Virus record (IMG/VR): IMGVR_UViG_3300042463_000422
Coordinates: 5,966-69,965 of that record
DNA from: a virus
DNA length: 64,000 nt
Reading direction: 5' to 3' (one strand)
In this document: in pieces, positions 56,277 through 63,469 of the stretch
Numbering within the stretch: position 1 is the stretch's first letter
How the letters are laid out: every line of letters begins with the position of its first letter
Notes under the pieces: generated by a model
What the model saw: the letters and a program-made list of their open reading frames with translations, nothing else
The model's database searches: none
What the model was told of the DNA's origin: nothing
Made by a program: the position numbers and the translations under genes

Positions 56277-56305
56277 GGTGTAATACACCTGTTGAGGTTA
56301 CGCAA
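56277..56305 (-). promoter_or_regulatory. promoter/operator copy 8: TTGCGT-N10-GGTGTATTACACC
   Basis: Same spacing. Confidence 0.75.
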
Positions 56306-56366
56306 GTCCGTTGTTGGCCTTGCCTACAACCCGTCACCCTTTCGAGTCACGGGCTGTGTGGCAGGG

Positions 56367-56573
56367 TCAGAAGACGAAGAAGTCCTCAGCCTTGTAGCTC
56401 GACGTGACACCGTCAGCCCAGAAGAGCGAGGCCCAGTCGTCGTTGATGATGCAGTGGACGAACCACTTGCCGTTCTTGTCCTGCTTCAACTGGTAGGCAC
56501 CAGTCTTCCAGCAGACACGCATACCGTTCTTCACTGCCGAGATGGCCTCGGCGATGGTGTGGAAGTGGTTCAC
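56367..56573 (-). CDS. small hypothetical early protein
   Basis: GTGA coupled; TIAEAISAVKNGMRVCW. Confidence 0.75.
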   Translation of the reverse strand: MNHFHTIAEAISAVKNGMRVCWKTGAYQLKQDKNGKWFVHCIINDDWASLFWADGVTSSYKAEDFFVF

Positions 56574-56860
56574 TTCACACCCCCCGCCTCACGGGTGATC
56601 TTCTCTGCATCTTGGCGCACGTCTTCAAGGCCAGAGTCAGACGTGATCAGTCGATCCTTGATCATGCGTGCAACCGAATCGCACACCGAATCAAAATTAG
56701 CCTGACACCAGTCGATGCCTTTAGCCTCGGCGTCAGCTATGCCGATCGCCCCGGCTGCGATCTTCTCGGAGGTGCTGATCTGGCCAGACGATTCGATGCG
56801 CGCTGCCAGCTGTGCCGCTGCGAATGCTACGTTGAAGACGTGGGTGTGGACGATGCTCAC
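56570..56860 (-). CDS. hypothetical early protein
   Basis: GTGA coupled, GGAGG SD. Confidence 0.75.
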   Translation of the reverse strand: MSIVHTHVFNVAFAAAQLAARIESSGQISTSEKIAAGAIGIADAEAKGIDWCQANFDSVCDSVARMIKDRLITSDSGLEDVRQDAEKITREAGGVK

Positions 56861-57282
56861 AGCGCACCTCCCTTGGCCTTGGAGATGGCGGCTGAATCCA
56901 GCCTGAGCGTCAGCTTGTATTCAGGTTGGTCAGACCGCAGCGGCTTTGATGAATCCCGATCTTGGAACCCAAGCCTCCTGTGAAAGTCGGCTGGTAGACG
57001 AGTGCTGAGCTCAAACGAGCCAATGAACGTGCATGGAGTAGACGGCATCGCTATCACCACAAGCCTCCTCCCATCACCCAACCCCCATTCCAGACGGAAC
57101 TCACCCGTGTCTAGGTCCTTGAGTATTTTGGCTGGGATTATGGCTCGATCGAGAACATTCACTGCCACTTTTCCCGGCAGAATCCCACGCCTTTCCCAAG
57201 GGCGATTGCTCCATAGGTTTCCCGGTAACCCTCCGTCCCAGTATTCCTGAAGCGTCAGCTTGTCACCTTTATTAAGGCTCAC
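56857..57282 (-). CDS. hypothetical early protein
   Basis: GTG start at 57282 with GGAGG SD; ends AISKAKGGAL. Confidence 0.65.
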   Translation of the reverse strand: MSLNKGDKLTLQEYWDGGLPGNLWSNRPWERRGILPGKVAVNVLDRAIIPAKILKDLDTGEFRLEWGLGDGRRLVVIAMPSTPCTFIGSFELSTRLPADFHRRLGFQDRDSSKPLRSDQPEYKLTLRLDSAAISKAKGGAL

Positions 57283-57596
57283 TTGGCACCTCCCTTGGCC
57301 TTGGCGATGGCTTCCCTGCACTTCTGCTGCGTTGCCATGCTTAGCGTGATGCGGCTTCTCGGGTGGATATCTGCTTTCGGATTCGTAATGTCCTCAAGGC
57401 ATTGCTCAAGCGCAGCGAGCATATCAGGCGCGGCGTCACGCAACGGCTCAGCGATGGACACCAGCGCCTCGCACTCAGGGCACTCACCGTTTGGGAAAGT
57501 GTCTCCGGGTTCAATCCTCTGGAAGACCTCGATACCAACCGAGTCGAGTTCACTGGTGTCGCCTGACCAGTCGCAGTTTGGGCAGCTGCATTTCAC
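57279..57596 (-). CDS. Zn-ribbon plus AAPDML...AIAKAKG module protein
   Basis: CPNC...ECPEC; GTG start. Confidence 0.75.
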   Translation of the reverse strand: MKCSCPNCDWSGDTSELDSVGIEVFQRIEPGDTFPNGECPECEALVSIAEPLRDAAPDMLAALEQCLEDITNPKADIHPRSRITLSMATQQKCREAIAKAKGGAK

Positions 57597-57787
57597 AGCG
57601 CACCTCCAGTGTTGGTGATCGCGTTGGTTGCTATCGCGCTGATCATGGTCAGCAGCTTCGCGAAGTCGGGTGCTTCGTGCCGCTGCCATGGCAGTGTGTT
57701 TGCTGGAGTGGCCAGCACCCTGATTCGCTGCATTGCCTCGACCAGTTGACGGTCGGGCTTGGTTTGGTCTTTGTGTATGGTGATCAT
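57593..57787 (-). CDS. hypothetical early protein
   Basis: 64 aa, coupled. Confidence 0.65.
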   Translation of the reverse strand: MITIHKDQTKPDRQLVEAMQRIRVLATPANTLPWQRHEAPDFAKLLTMISAIATNAITNTGGAL

Positions 57788-58134
57788 TTGTTCATGTGGT
57801 TGTTGAGCTTCTCCTGTAGTGCCTTGAGCTCGTCGTCGTGGATGTCGAGCGACTCAGCGATACCAACGAACAGGTCGGCATCACCAAGTGTCATACGCGC
57901 TGCCTCCAGTAGGGTGACTAGCTCCTCGTCGGTGAATGGGTGAACGTGGACAACATCGCTCCCTGTTACCATCGTCTTGAAGAAGCCATTGTCGTCGGAC
58001 GTACCCAGTTTCAGTTCCGTCGCACCGGAATAGATGGCATCAACGGTTTCGGAGCTCCATTCGGTTTGCTCCTCCAGCACGCTCAGCGTGTGGATCGCGA
58101 AATCAATTAGTCGCTTCTGTAAGTCTGATGTCAT
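57784..58134 (-). CDS. acidic hypothetical early protein
   Basis: 116 aa, coupled. Confidence 0.75.
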   Translation of the reverse strand: MTSDLQKRLIDFAIHTLSVLEEQTEWSSETVDAIYSGATELKLGTSDDNGFFKTMVTGSDVVHVHPFTDEELVTLLEAARMTLGDADLFVGIAESLDIHDDELKALQEKLNNHMNK

Positions 58135-58150
58135 GGTGATTGAGTGATTG

Positions 58151-58351
58151 TTAGTTGATGGTTCCGTCGGGTTCGATCTCGCGGTACTCGTTGGAGAATC
58201 GATTCGTCTTCTTGCGCATAAGCATGATGGCTATCTCTTGGCTGGGCTGTTTTTCAGGAGTAGGCATATCGACCATCCACCTGTAGAACTTGAATCCCTG
58301 TTTGTTGAGCTTCTTCTCTGCGTCTAGTTGAGCTTGTGTTGGTTTGTACAT
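58151..58351 (-). CDS. hypothetical early protein (MYKPTQAQ...EIEPDGTIN)
   Basis: AAGGA SD, ATG 58351. Confidence 0.75.
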   Translation of the reverse strand: MYKPTQAQLDAEKKLNKQGFKFYRWMVDMPTPEKQPSQEIAIMLMRKKTNRFSNEYREIEPDGTIN

Positions 58352-58391
58352 AGTTCCTTGGATCTGCCGCCACACCGTGTGGAAGCAGACC

Positions 58392-58416
58392 AAAAGAGCC
58401 GGGTGTCACCCCGGCT
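58392..58416 (-). terminator. rho-independent terminator-like hairpin
   Basis: AGCCGGG-GUGACA-CCCGGCU-CUUUU after the GATase stop. Confidence 0.7.
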
Positions 58417-58422
58417 GGTGTG

Positions 58423-59406
58423 TTACTTGTGCAGGTCACCGTTCAGGTGAGCCTCGACCTGAGCCTCGATGTTAGGATCGAAGTCAGGGAATGACTCGCG
58501 CTGGGTGTCGCGAGGAACGCTGATCGCCTTGCTTGGGTTGACCGCCTCGCGGGGCGCAAGTTTGTCATCCCACATGTCGGTCTGCCGTCCGTACCTCCTC
58601 GACATGTAGGCGTCGCGAGAGGTGCGAATACCCATCGACCGATCCCATGCAGTATCGCGAACCGAGTCGGCGAACCCGCACCACTTCTCATTGAGGATCA
58701 GCGAGGCGCGAGACCCACCAAGCGAGAACTCAGCAACAGTCTTGGGCATCATCGAGACCGACTTGGTTGCGAGCTTGATGCCAGCAGCACGGGCGATGTG
58801 CATGGCGTCATGCCCACTGGTACTGAACAAGTGGTTGTCCTTGCCGTCACTGACCCAGTCGAGATTCCCCGACCCGCACTTGGCGACGATCAGTCGCTTG
58901 GTATTCGAGTCGATGATTCCGAACACGCCATAGCCAGACCAGTGCTTGTTGGTGGCGGACCACTTGTTGTTAGTCTTGCGATGCAACCACCACTGGAAGA
59001 ACTCCTCGGTGTCGCATCCGTTCTTAGCCTTGGGACCGGGACCGTCACCAACCCATCGCAGTATCCCGTTGTGGGCGAGGTGGATGCCATTGGATTGGAA
59101 CGGATGGCAGTTATCGACGATCACCTTGTTGGTGGAGGTCCGACCGTGAACCACCAGAGCGGTCACGACCGGAGGGATCTCACCCTCCTCGATCTGGGTG
59201 GTGTTGATGAATGGCGGAACCTTGACTCCGAACCCGCAGTAGGATTCAGGTTTGAGGTATCGACCGTAGGCCACACCTTTCGGGCCGTAGGCCGTGAAGC
59301 CAAACCCGTCACGCTGAGTGACAGCGAAGACGTTGTTGGCCTCGGCGATCATGCGGAGCACTTGCTCACGGGAGAACTTGCCGGCTGCGATGAATAGTTT
59401 GCACAT
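58423..59406 (-). CDS. class II (Ntn) glutamine amidotransferase
   Basis: N-terminal MC, DGFG, HGRTST, NCHPF, LAHNGIL, DTE. Confidence 0.92.
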   Translation of the reverse strand: MCKLFIAAGKFSREQVLRMIAEANNVFAVTQRDGFGFTAYGPKGVAYGRYLKPESYCGFGVKVPPFINTTQIEEGEIPPVVTALVVHGRTSTNKVIVDNCHPFQSNGIHLAHNGILRWVGDGPGPKAKNGCDTEEFFQWWLHRKTNNKWSATNKHWSGYGVFGIIDSNTKRLIVAKCGSGNLDWVSDGKDNHLFSTSGHDAMHIARAAGIKLATKSVSMMPKTVAEFSLGGSRASLILNEKWCGFADSVRDTAWDRSMGIRTSRDAYMSRRYGRQTDMWDDKLAPREAVNPSKAISVPRDTQRESFPDFDPNIEAQVEAHLNGDLHK

Positions 59407-59442
59407 AGATATCAGTGATTAAGATGTTGTGTTGACGGTGTT

Positions 59443-60573
59443 TTACTCGACGTTGCCACCGGGAGCGAAGTCCAAGGCTGATGCGACACGGGCATCTACT
59501 GCACCGACGTTGCCGTGCAGACGCTGGTTGCGGAGGACGCACCAGGAAGCCATCCACGAGGGTAGGATGGCGAGGAAGCCGGACCAGTTGGTCGGCACGC
59601 TGTTGTTCTTGTTGGCGCAGTGATCGAACAGGTGCCTACACAACAGTGCCCACGACTCGATCTTCACCACGTTGGTCGAGCCATTGGCGCAGCGGAACTC
59701 GATGGTCTTGTACTTCTTGTACGCCTCGAAGTTGATCGCAGCGTAGCGACCAGCACTCGCATTGTATCGATCAGAGTCAGGGTTGTTGTTTACCCACTTG
59801 CAGTACTTGTTACGAAGCCGTGATTCACTCACCAGCTTCTTGAGCATGGGGTACAGCAGCGTGAGCCGATCGTAGGTTTGCGACGCGGTGAGAAGCATCC
59901 TGTCGTCGGACGGCTCGGTAGGAAGGTGACGGGCATCGATGTGGATGTGGACACCGCACTTCTTGTTAATCCGATACCCCTGCAGCTGCTTCTCCAGTGA
60001 GAGCAGACCCATGAGCCGACCATTGCTGGCCCAGGTCATGCGCTTGATTTCGATGCCGCCGCTGTCGAGTGATCCATCGTTGCCGACCTCGGTCAGACCA
60101 TTGTCTACCGGGAATTTTCCGTATGGGTAGTAGCACTCGATCTCGACCGACACCAGTCGGCCGACCAGCTTGGGTGCCTGCTTGGCAGCTTCCATCGCAG
60201 ACAGTTTTGAGACCGGCTTGGTCGGTGGGAAGAGCTTGTTGCGATGGTGAGCTAACTGGATGCGATTGCTTCCAGCATAGTCACCGATCAAGCTATCAGG
60301 AAGGGTGCTGTTCTTGAGTGAGTAGAACGACTTGGCGTTCCGCATCATTGACGCCAGCAGCGTGTCCTTGGCTCGCACCGGAGCACCGTGGACAGGGGCA
60401 AGGCTGTGGCCATAAGACGTTCTGTCCACAAGGTGGATGCACTGCTTGTAGCGGTGAGCGTCGCTTGAGTAGACGCCTGGGTATTTACTACCAGCAGCGA
60501 CCTCCGTCTTCTTAACGTAATTGAGGCCGCCGGTGTAACCCGCAGAGCGGAACATGGAGATGACTTGATACAT
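59443..60573 (-). CDS. putative amidoligase (amidoligase_2 / COOH-NH2 ligase)
   Basis: SVEIE, DGSL, IEI, CGVHIHID, RYAAIN, TIEFR..GS; start re-set to MYQV. Confidence 0.9.
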   Translation of the reverse strand: MYQVISMFRSAGYTGGLNYVKKTEVAAGSKYPGVYSSDAHRYKQCIHLVDRTSYGHSLAPVHGAPVRAKDTLLASMMRNAKSFYSLKNSTLPDSLIGDYAGSNRIQLAHHRNKLFPPTKPVSKLSAMEAAKQAPKLVGRLVSVEIECYYPYGKFPVDNGLTEVGNDGSLDSGGIEIKRMTWASNGRLMGLLSLEKQLQGYRINKKCGVHIHIDARHLPTEPSDDRMLLTASQTYDRLTLLYPMLKKLVSESRLRNKYCKWVNNNPDSDRYNASAGRYAAINFEAYKKYKTIEFRCANGSTNVVKIESWALLCRHLFDHCANKNNSVPTNWSGFLAILPSWMASWCVLRNQRLHGNVGAVDARVASALDFAPGGNVE

Positions 60574-60689
60574 AGGTGACTGAGTTGATGTTCTGACGCG
60601 GTGACGTTGTGTCACCGGCTTGGTCGTGGTTGACCACAGCACACAACCCATCTCTGTGAGAGCGATGGGTTGGCTGCTTTGGTCAGCAG

Positions 60690-60971
60690 TTAGTCGGTCC
60701 AGAGGATGTCCAGATCGGCCGATTGCCAGACGATGCAGGTGTCCGGGTCTCGGCCGTCTGTGATTATGCAAGCCTCCCAATCGAAGAGTCCGCGGAGTGG
60801 CTTGGATGTCTCGATGATGTGCTCAGTGTCTTCACCGAACTCACGCTTGGTCCACTTGCGGACCAGAGTTTCGAGGTCCAGTGGCTCATTGGCAGCAATC
60901 TCCATGATGGATTGCGTGCCCTCGCGCCGGTTGGTGACCAGCAGGTACTGGTCTGGGTATGTGGTGCTCAT
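60690..60971 (-). CDS. acidic hypothetical early protein
   Basis: 93 aa, ATGA coupled. Confidence 0.7.
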   Translation of the reverse strand: MSTTYPDQYLLVTNRREGTQSIMEIAANEPLDLETLVRKWTKREFGEDTEHIIETSKPLRGLFDWEACIITDGRDPDTCIVWQSADLDILWTD

Positions 60972-61321
60972 GCGAGTTCTTCCACCCAGTCGCGTTGCTT
61001 ACCGGCCGGTGTAACGCGGTGCATTATGGCACCACCCACCATTGACTCCCACCCGCTGAACCGGTGGGTCAGACCGCCCTTGACGCCCCATGTCAGGAAC
61101 TCCGTGGGCTGTAGCTTGTCGGGGGTCTTGGCGACCTCTCGATAGATCTCCTCGCGCACCACCTCGATGGCGGAGGCTGCAGACTCAGCGATGACGGGCG
61201 AGAACACCCGCTTCTTGGACCAGAACAGGCCGCTGGTCACGGCGACGACGGTGAACTTGAAGTACCGCCGCCCCTTGTAGGTGTCGAGGCAGGCGGTGGC
61301 AGGGATGGGACGTGGTTTCAT
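60968..61321 (-). CDS. hypothetical early protein
   Basis: 117 aa. Confidence 0.7.
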   Translation of the reverse strand: MKPRPIPATACLDTYKGRRYFKFTVVAVTSGLFWSKKRVFSPVIAESAASAIEVVREEIYREVAKTPDKLQPTEFLTWGVKGGLTHRFSGWESMVGGAIMHRVTPAGKQRDWVEELA

Positions 61322-61324
61322 AGG

Positions 61325-61750
61325 TTAGACGGCTGCTGCTTCACAGAGGTCTTCCCAGACGGAGTCCTGTCTGGACTTGGCTACGGTTTTGAGGTGCTCG
61401 AATTGAGCGGGCTTCATTGCGTCGAAGCCTTCAAGCCGGGCCATACGGAGAGCATTTTGGAGGGTGAATTCCATACGCCTGTTCTCAATCAGAACAACAT
61501 CGAGGTCTTGTTCTATGTACGCTGACTCAACACGGTCAATGTACATCACAATACGTCCACTGTTATTGCTCTGAGTGACCTCCACTTTGATGATCTTAGT
61601 GGCTACTATATAGGTATCACTATTCGACACATAGCACATGCCGATCAGTGACATTAGGTTGTTGTAGATCTCATCGTTGTCGAGTTTCACGATGAGGTTG
61701 CCGATGCTGTTGTGCAGAGCTTTTAGCTCTTCAATAGTACTTGTCTTCAT
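61325..61750 (-). CDS. hypothetical protein, visibly AT-rich
   Basis: 141 aa; atypical codons. Confidence 0.7.
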   Translation of the reverse strand: MKTSTIEELKALHNSIGNLIVKLDNDEIYNNLMSLIGMCYVSNSDTYIVATKIIKVEVTQSNNSGRIVMYIDRVESAYIEQDLDVVLIENRRMEFTLQNALRMARLEGFDAMKPAQFEHLKTVAKSRQDSVWEDLCEAAAV

Positions 61751-61753
61751 AGG

Positions 61754-62110
61754 TTAGTTCTTGGCGAGTTCAGGTGACAGGTGGCGGTTGACCTTGGTCC
61801 AGTAGGACTTGGTCGCAGACTTGGTGTGACCGGTGGGGCCACCATTCCAGATTCGGGCAGCGTCTTCAGGGCTTTTGCCCTTGGCCCACTTTCGCAGGTA
61901 GAGGTCACAGACCTTCCGGGCATCGGCACGATTGGTCATGCCATTCCATGTGTAGGACGTGCCGTAGAAGTGATTAACGTCTTTAACGACCTCGCGGTGG
62001 ATTTGGAGAGCGCCGATCGCCTTGCCGCCATCACCGACAGCGGTGTCAGGGTTGCGATAGCCGCCTGATTCGACAGCCATGAGGGCTGAGATGAGTGCAC
62101 TGTAGTTCAT
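61754..62110 (-). CDS. lysozyme-superfamily hydrolase (i-type/destabilase-like)
   Basis: AVESGG..AVGDGGKAIGALQIH...DVN, ARIWNGGP, T..YW.KV. Confidence 0.85.
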   Translation of the reverse strand: MNYSALISALMAVESGGYRNPDTAVGDGGKAIGALQIHREVVKDVNHFYGTSYTWNGMTNRADARKVCDLYLRKWAKGKSPEDAARIWNGGPTGHTKSATKSYWTKVNRHLSPELAKN

Positions 62111-62313
62111 CGGAGGATGCCCTCCGCTTTAAGGTGTGCCTCGAATAGCGGCAATGCCGCTTTGGCGGTCCTTGCCTTGATGCCCAGTGCCTTGACCATG
62201 GACAAGGCTGAGGGGCCGTGTGAACGACGCATACCCAAGCTCTCCAGCTTGAGCGCGCCCTTGATAGCGAGCATCCGATAGGCGTGGATGCCATCGGGAG
62301 TGTTGATAGTCAT
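62107..62313 (-). CDS. small basic phage protein (MTINTPDGIHAYRMLAIKGALKLE..GM)
   Basis: ATG 62313, ATGA-coupled to lysozyme. Confidence 0.75.
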   Translation of the reverse strand: MTINTPDGIHAYRMLAIKGALKLESLGMRRSHGPSALSMVKALGIKARTAKAALPLFEAHLKAEGILR

Positions 62314-62363
62314 AGTGAACAGAAGAACCCGCCAAAACCGGACGGGAACGGAACGAGGAACGT

Positions 62364-62418
62364 CGCTGGGCTTGTGACCAGCGTGCCGCATTACCGGGCC
62401 GAAGCCCGTCACTCTGCG
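62364..62418 (-). ncRNA. twister ribozyme, circularly permuted (P5-type)
   Basis: CGCA GAG UGA CGGGC UUCG GCCCG G U|AA UGC GGC A CGCUG GUCACAAGCC CAGCG; P1, P2, P4, T1 (UCAC/GUGA) and T2 (GGC/GCC) all pair. Confidence 0.88.
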
Positions 62419-62419
62419 A

Positions 62420-62605
62420 TTAGAACCGAAGCAGTAGGCCAGCGACCAGTAGGCCGACGACGCCTGCGATTGTGGGTGTCTCGCCGTGCTCCACGATCAC
62501 CCGCACTTCACGGGTGCCGACACGGACGACGTGGTGATTGGCTTTGGGCCACGCTTGGCGGGCGTAGCCGATGCCCCAAGGGCGTGACCTGCATTCGAGG
62601 ATCAC
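62420..62605 (-). CDS. small protein with C-terminal TM segment
   Basis: GTGA coupled, GGAGG SD; IAGVVGLLVAGLLL. Confidence 0.6.
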   Translation of the reverse strand: MILECRSRPWGIGYARQAWPKANHHVVRVGTREVRVIVEHGETPTIAGVVGLLVAGLLLRF

Positions 62606-62775
62606 GCGAGCCTCCGATCATGGAAAGCCAACTCGCTCCTGAGTTGGCGGATGTACCGCTGAGCAACACGGTCATCAGCGAGAGCCGTGTTGATCGAATG
62701 CTCCAAGCGGAGCTTCAGTTGCCGAACCCGGCGAACAGTCTCGGCTGGATTGAGTGGGATGAACTTGGCGCTCAT
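62602..62775 (-). CDS. 57-aa basic helical protein (MSAKFIPLNPAETVRRVRQLKLRLEHS...)
   Basis: Hand-translated; ATG directly after the upstream TAA; not in the ORF track. Confidence 0.65.
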   Translation of the reverse strand: MSAKFIPLNPAETVRRVRQLKLRLEHSINTALADDRVAQRYIRQLRSELAFHDRRLA

Positions 62776-62982
62776 TTAGTTGGCGTGAGTGGTGAGCTTT
62801 TCCAGAGCCTCGACGGTGATAGTCCCGTAGGACTTCGAGAACTGAGCACGGACGTCCGGATCATTCTCAATGAGCATCGCCATGGCTCGCACGGCGGCAC
62901 CGATAGCCAGAGCCTCGGTCACTTCGATTGACTGACTACGCCCGTTGAGGGCCTTGGATACAATTGAATCGATGGGAAACAT
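62776..62982 (-). CDS. 68-aa hypothetical protein whose AUG lies in hammerhead stem I
   Basis: MFPIDSIVSKALNG... Confidence 0.7.
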   Translation of the reverse strand: MFPIDSIVSKALNGRSQSIEVTEALAIGAAVRAMAMLIENDPDVRAQFSKSYGTITVEALEKLTTHAN

Positions 62983-63038
62983 AGGACGGGCCAGAAGCCC
63001 GTTTCGGCCCACTTGTGGCGGGGCCATCGTCAGCTATG
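62980..63038 (-). ncRNA. hammerhead ribozyme, type I
   Basis: CAUAG CUGACGA U GGCCC-loop-GGGCC GAAA CGGGC UUCUG GCCCG UC| CUAUG; full core and three stems. Confidence 0.9.
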
Positions 63039-63049
63039 GCCGGGACCGC

Positions 63050-63451
63050 TCAGGCGAGGAAGGCCTCGGCCTCGGCGATGGTGGCAAACTTGCCACGGTT
63101 GACCAGTTGCTGGGCGAGGGTAACCGGCTTGGCCACCTCTTCAGCCTTGATGAACTTAATCTGGGCAGAGTTCTTCCGCACGTCGACCGTATCGGCCACG
63201 AAGCCCTTGGACGCCAAGGCGGAGACGGTTGCGGCAACGGTCGCAGCACGGGCCGCAGATTCATCGGAAAGGGCAGCGTTGACGTAGTCCTTGAGGGCAT
63301 TGCCCTTGAGTCCAAGGGTCTTGCCGGTTTCCTTGAGGGTCTTGGCGCAGGCGGTCCCGATGAAGTAACGGGTACCCATATTGCGACCCTTGAATCCGAG
63401 AATGGGCGCGGAGGTGGAAGGCAGGGTGGCGACGGCGTTGGTGACGGACAT
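63050..63451 (-). CDS. Ala/Lys-rich early protein (133 aa, MSVTNAVATL...)
   Basis: Strong codon bias; ATG 63451. Confidence 0.8.
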   Translation of the reverse strand: MSVTNAVATLPSTSAPILGFKGRNMGTRYFIGTACAKTLKETGKTLGLKGNALKDYVNAALSDESAARAATVAATVSALASKGFVADTVDVRKNSAQIKFIKAEEVAKPVTLAQQLVNRGKFATIAEAEAFLA

Positions 63452-63469
63452 ATTGATTGAGAGTTGCAA

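Larger units (their letters stand above)
56857..57607. repeat. gene-junction repeats: 26 bp with 1 mismatch at 56864 and 57286; 15 bp exact at 56857 and 57593
   Basis: gcacctcccttggccttgg[a/c]gatggc and tcacagcgcacctcc. Confidence 0.85.

Noticed and set aside
59443-60780. Extended N-termini from the ORF track (also 1379, 1585, 3702, 3938, 57321, 57689, 62412, 63027, 63553)
   Set aside because: They run through upstream genes, hairpins or ribozymes; internal starts with SD or stop-start coupling fit better
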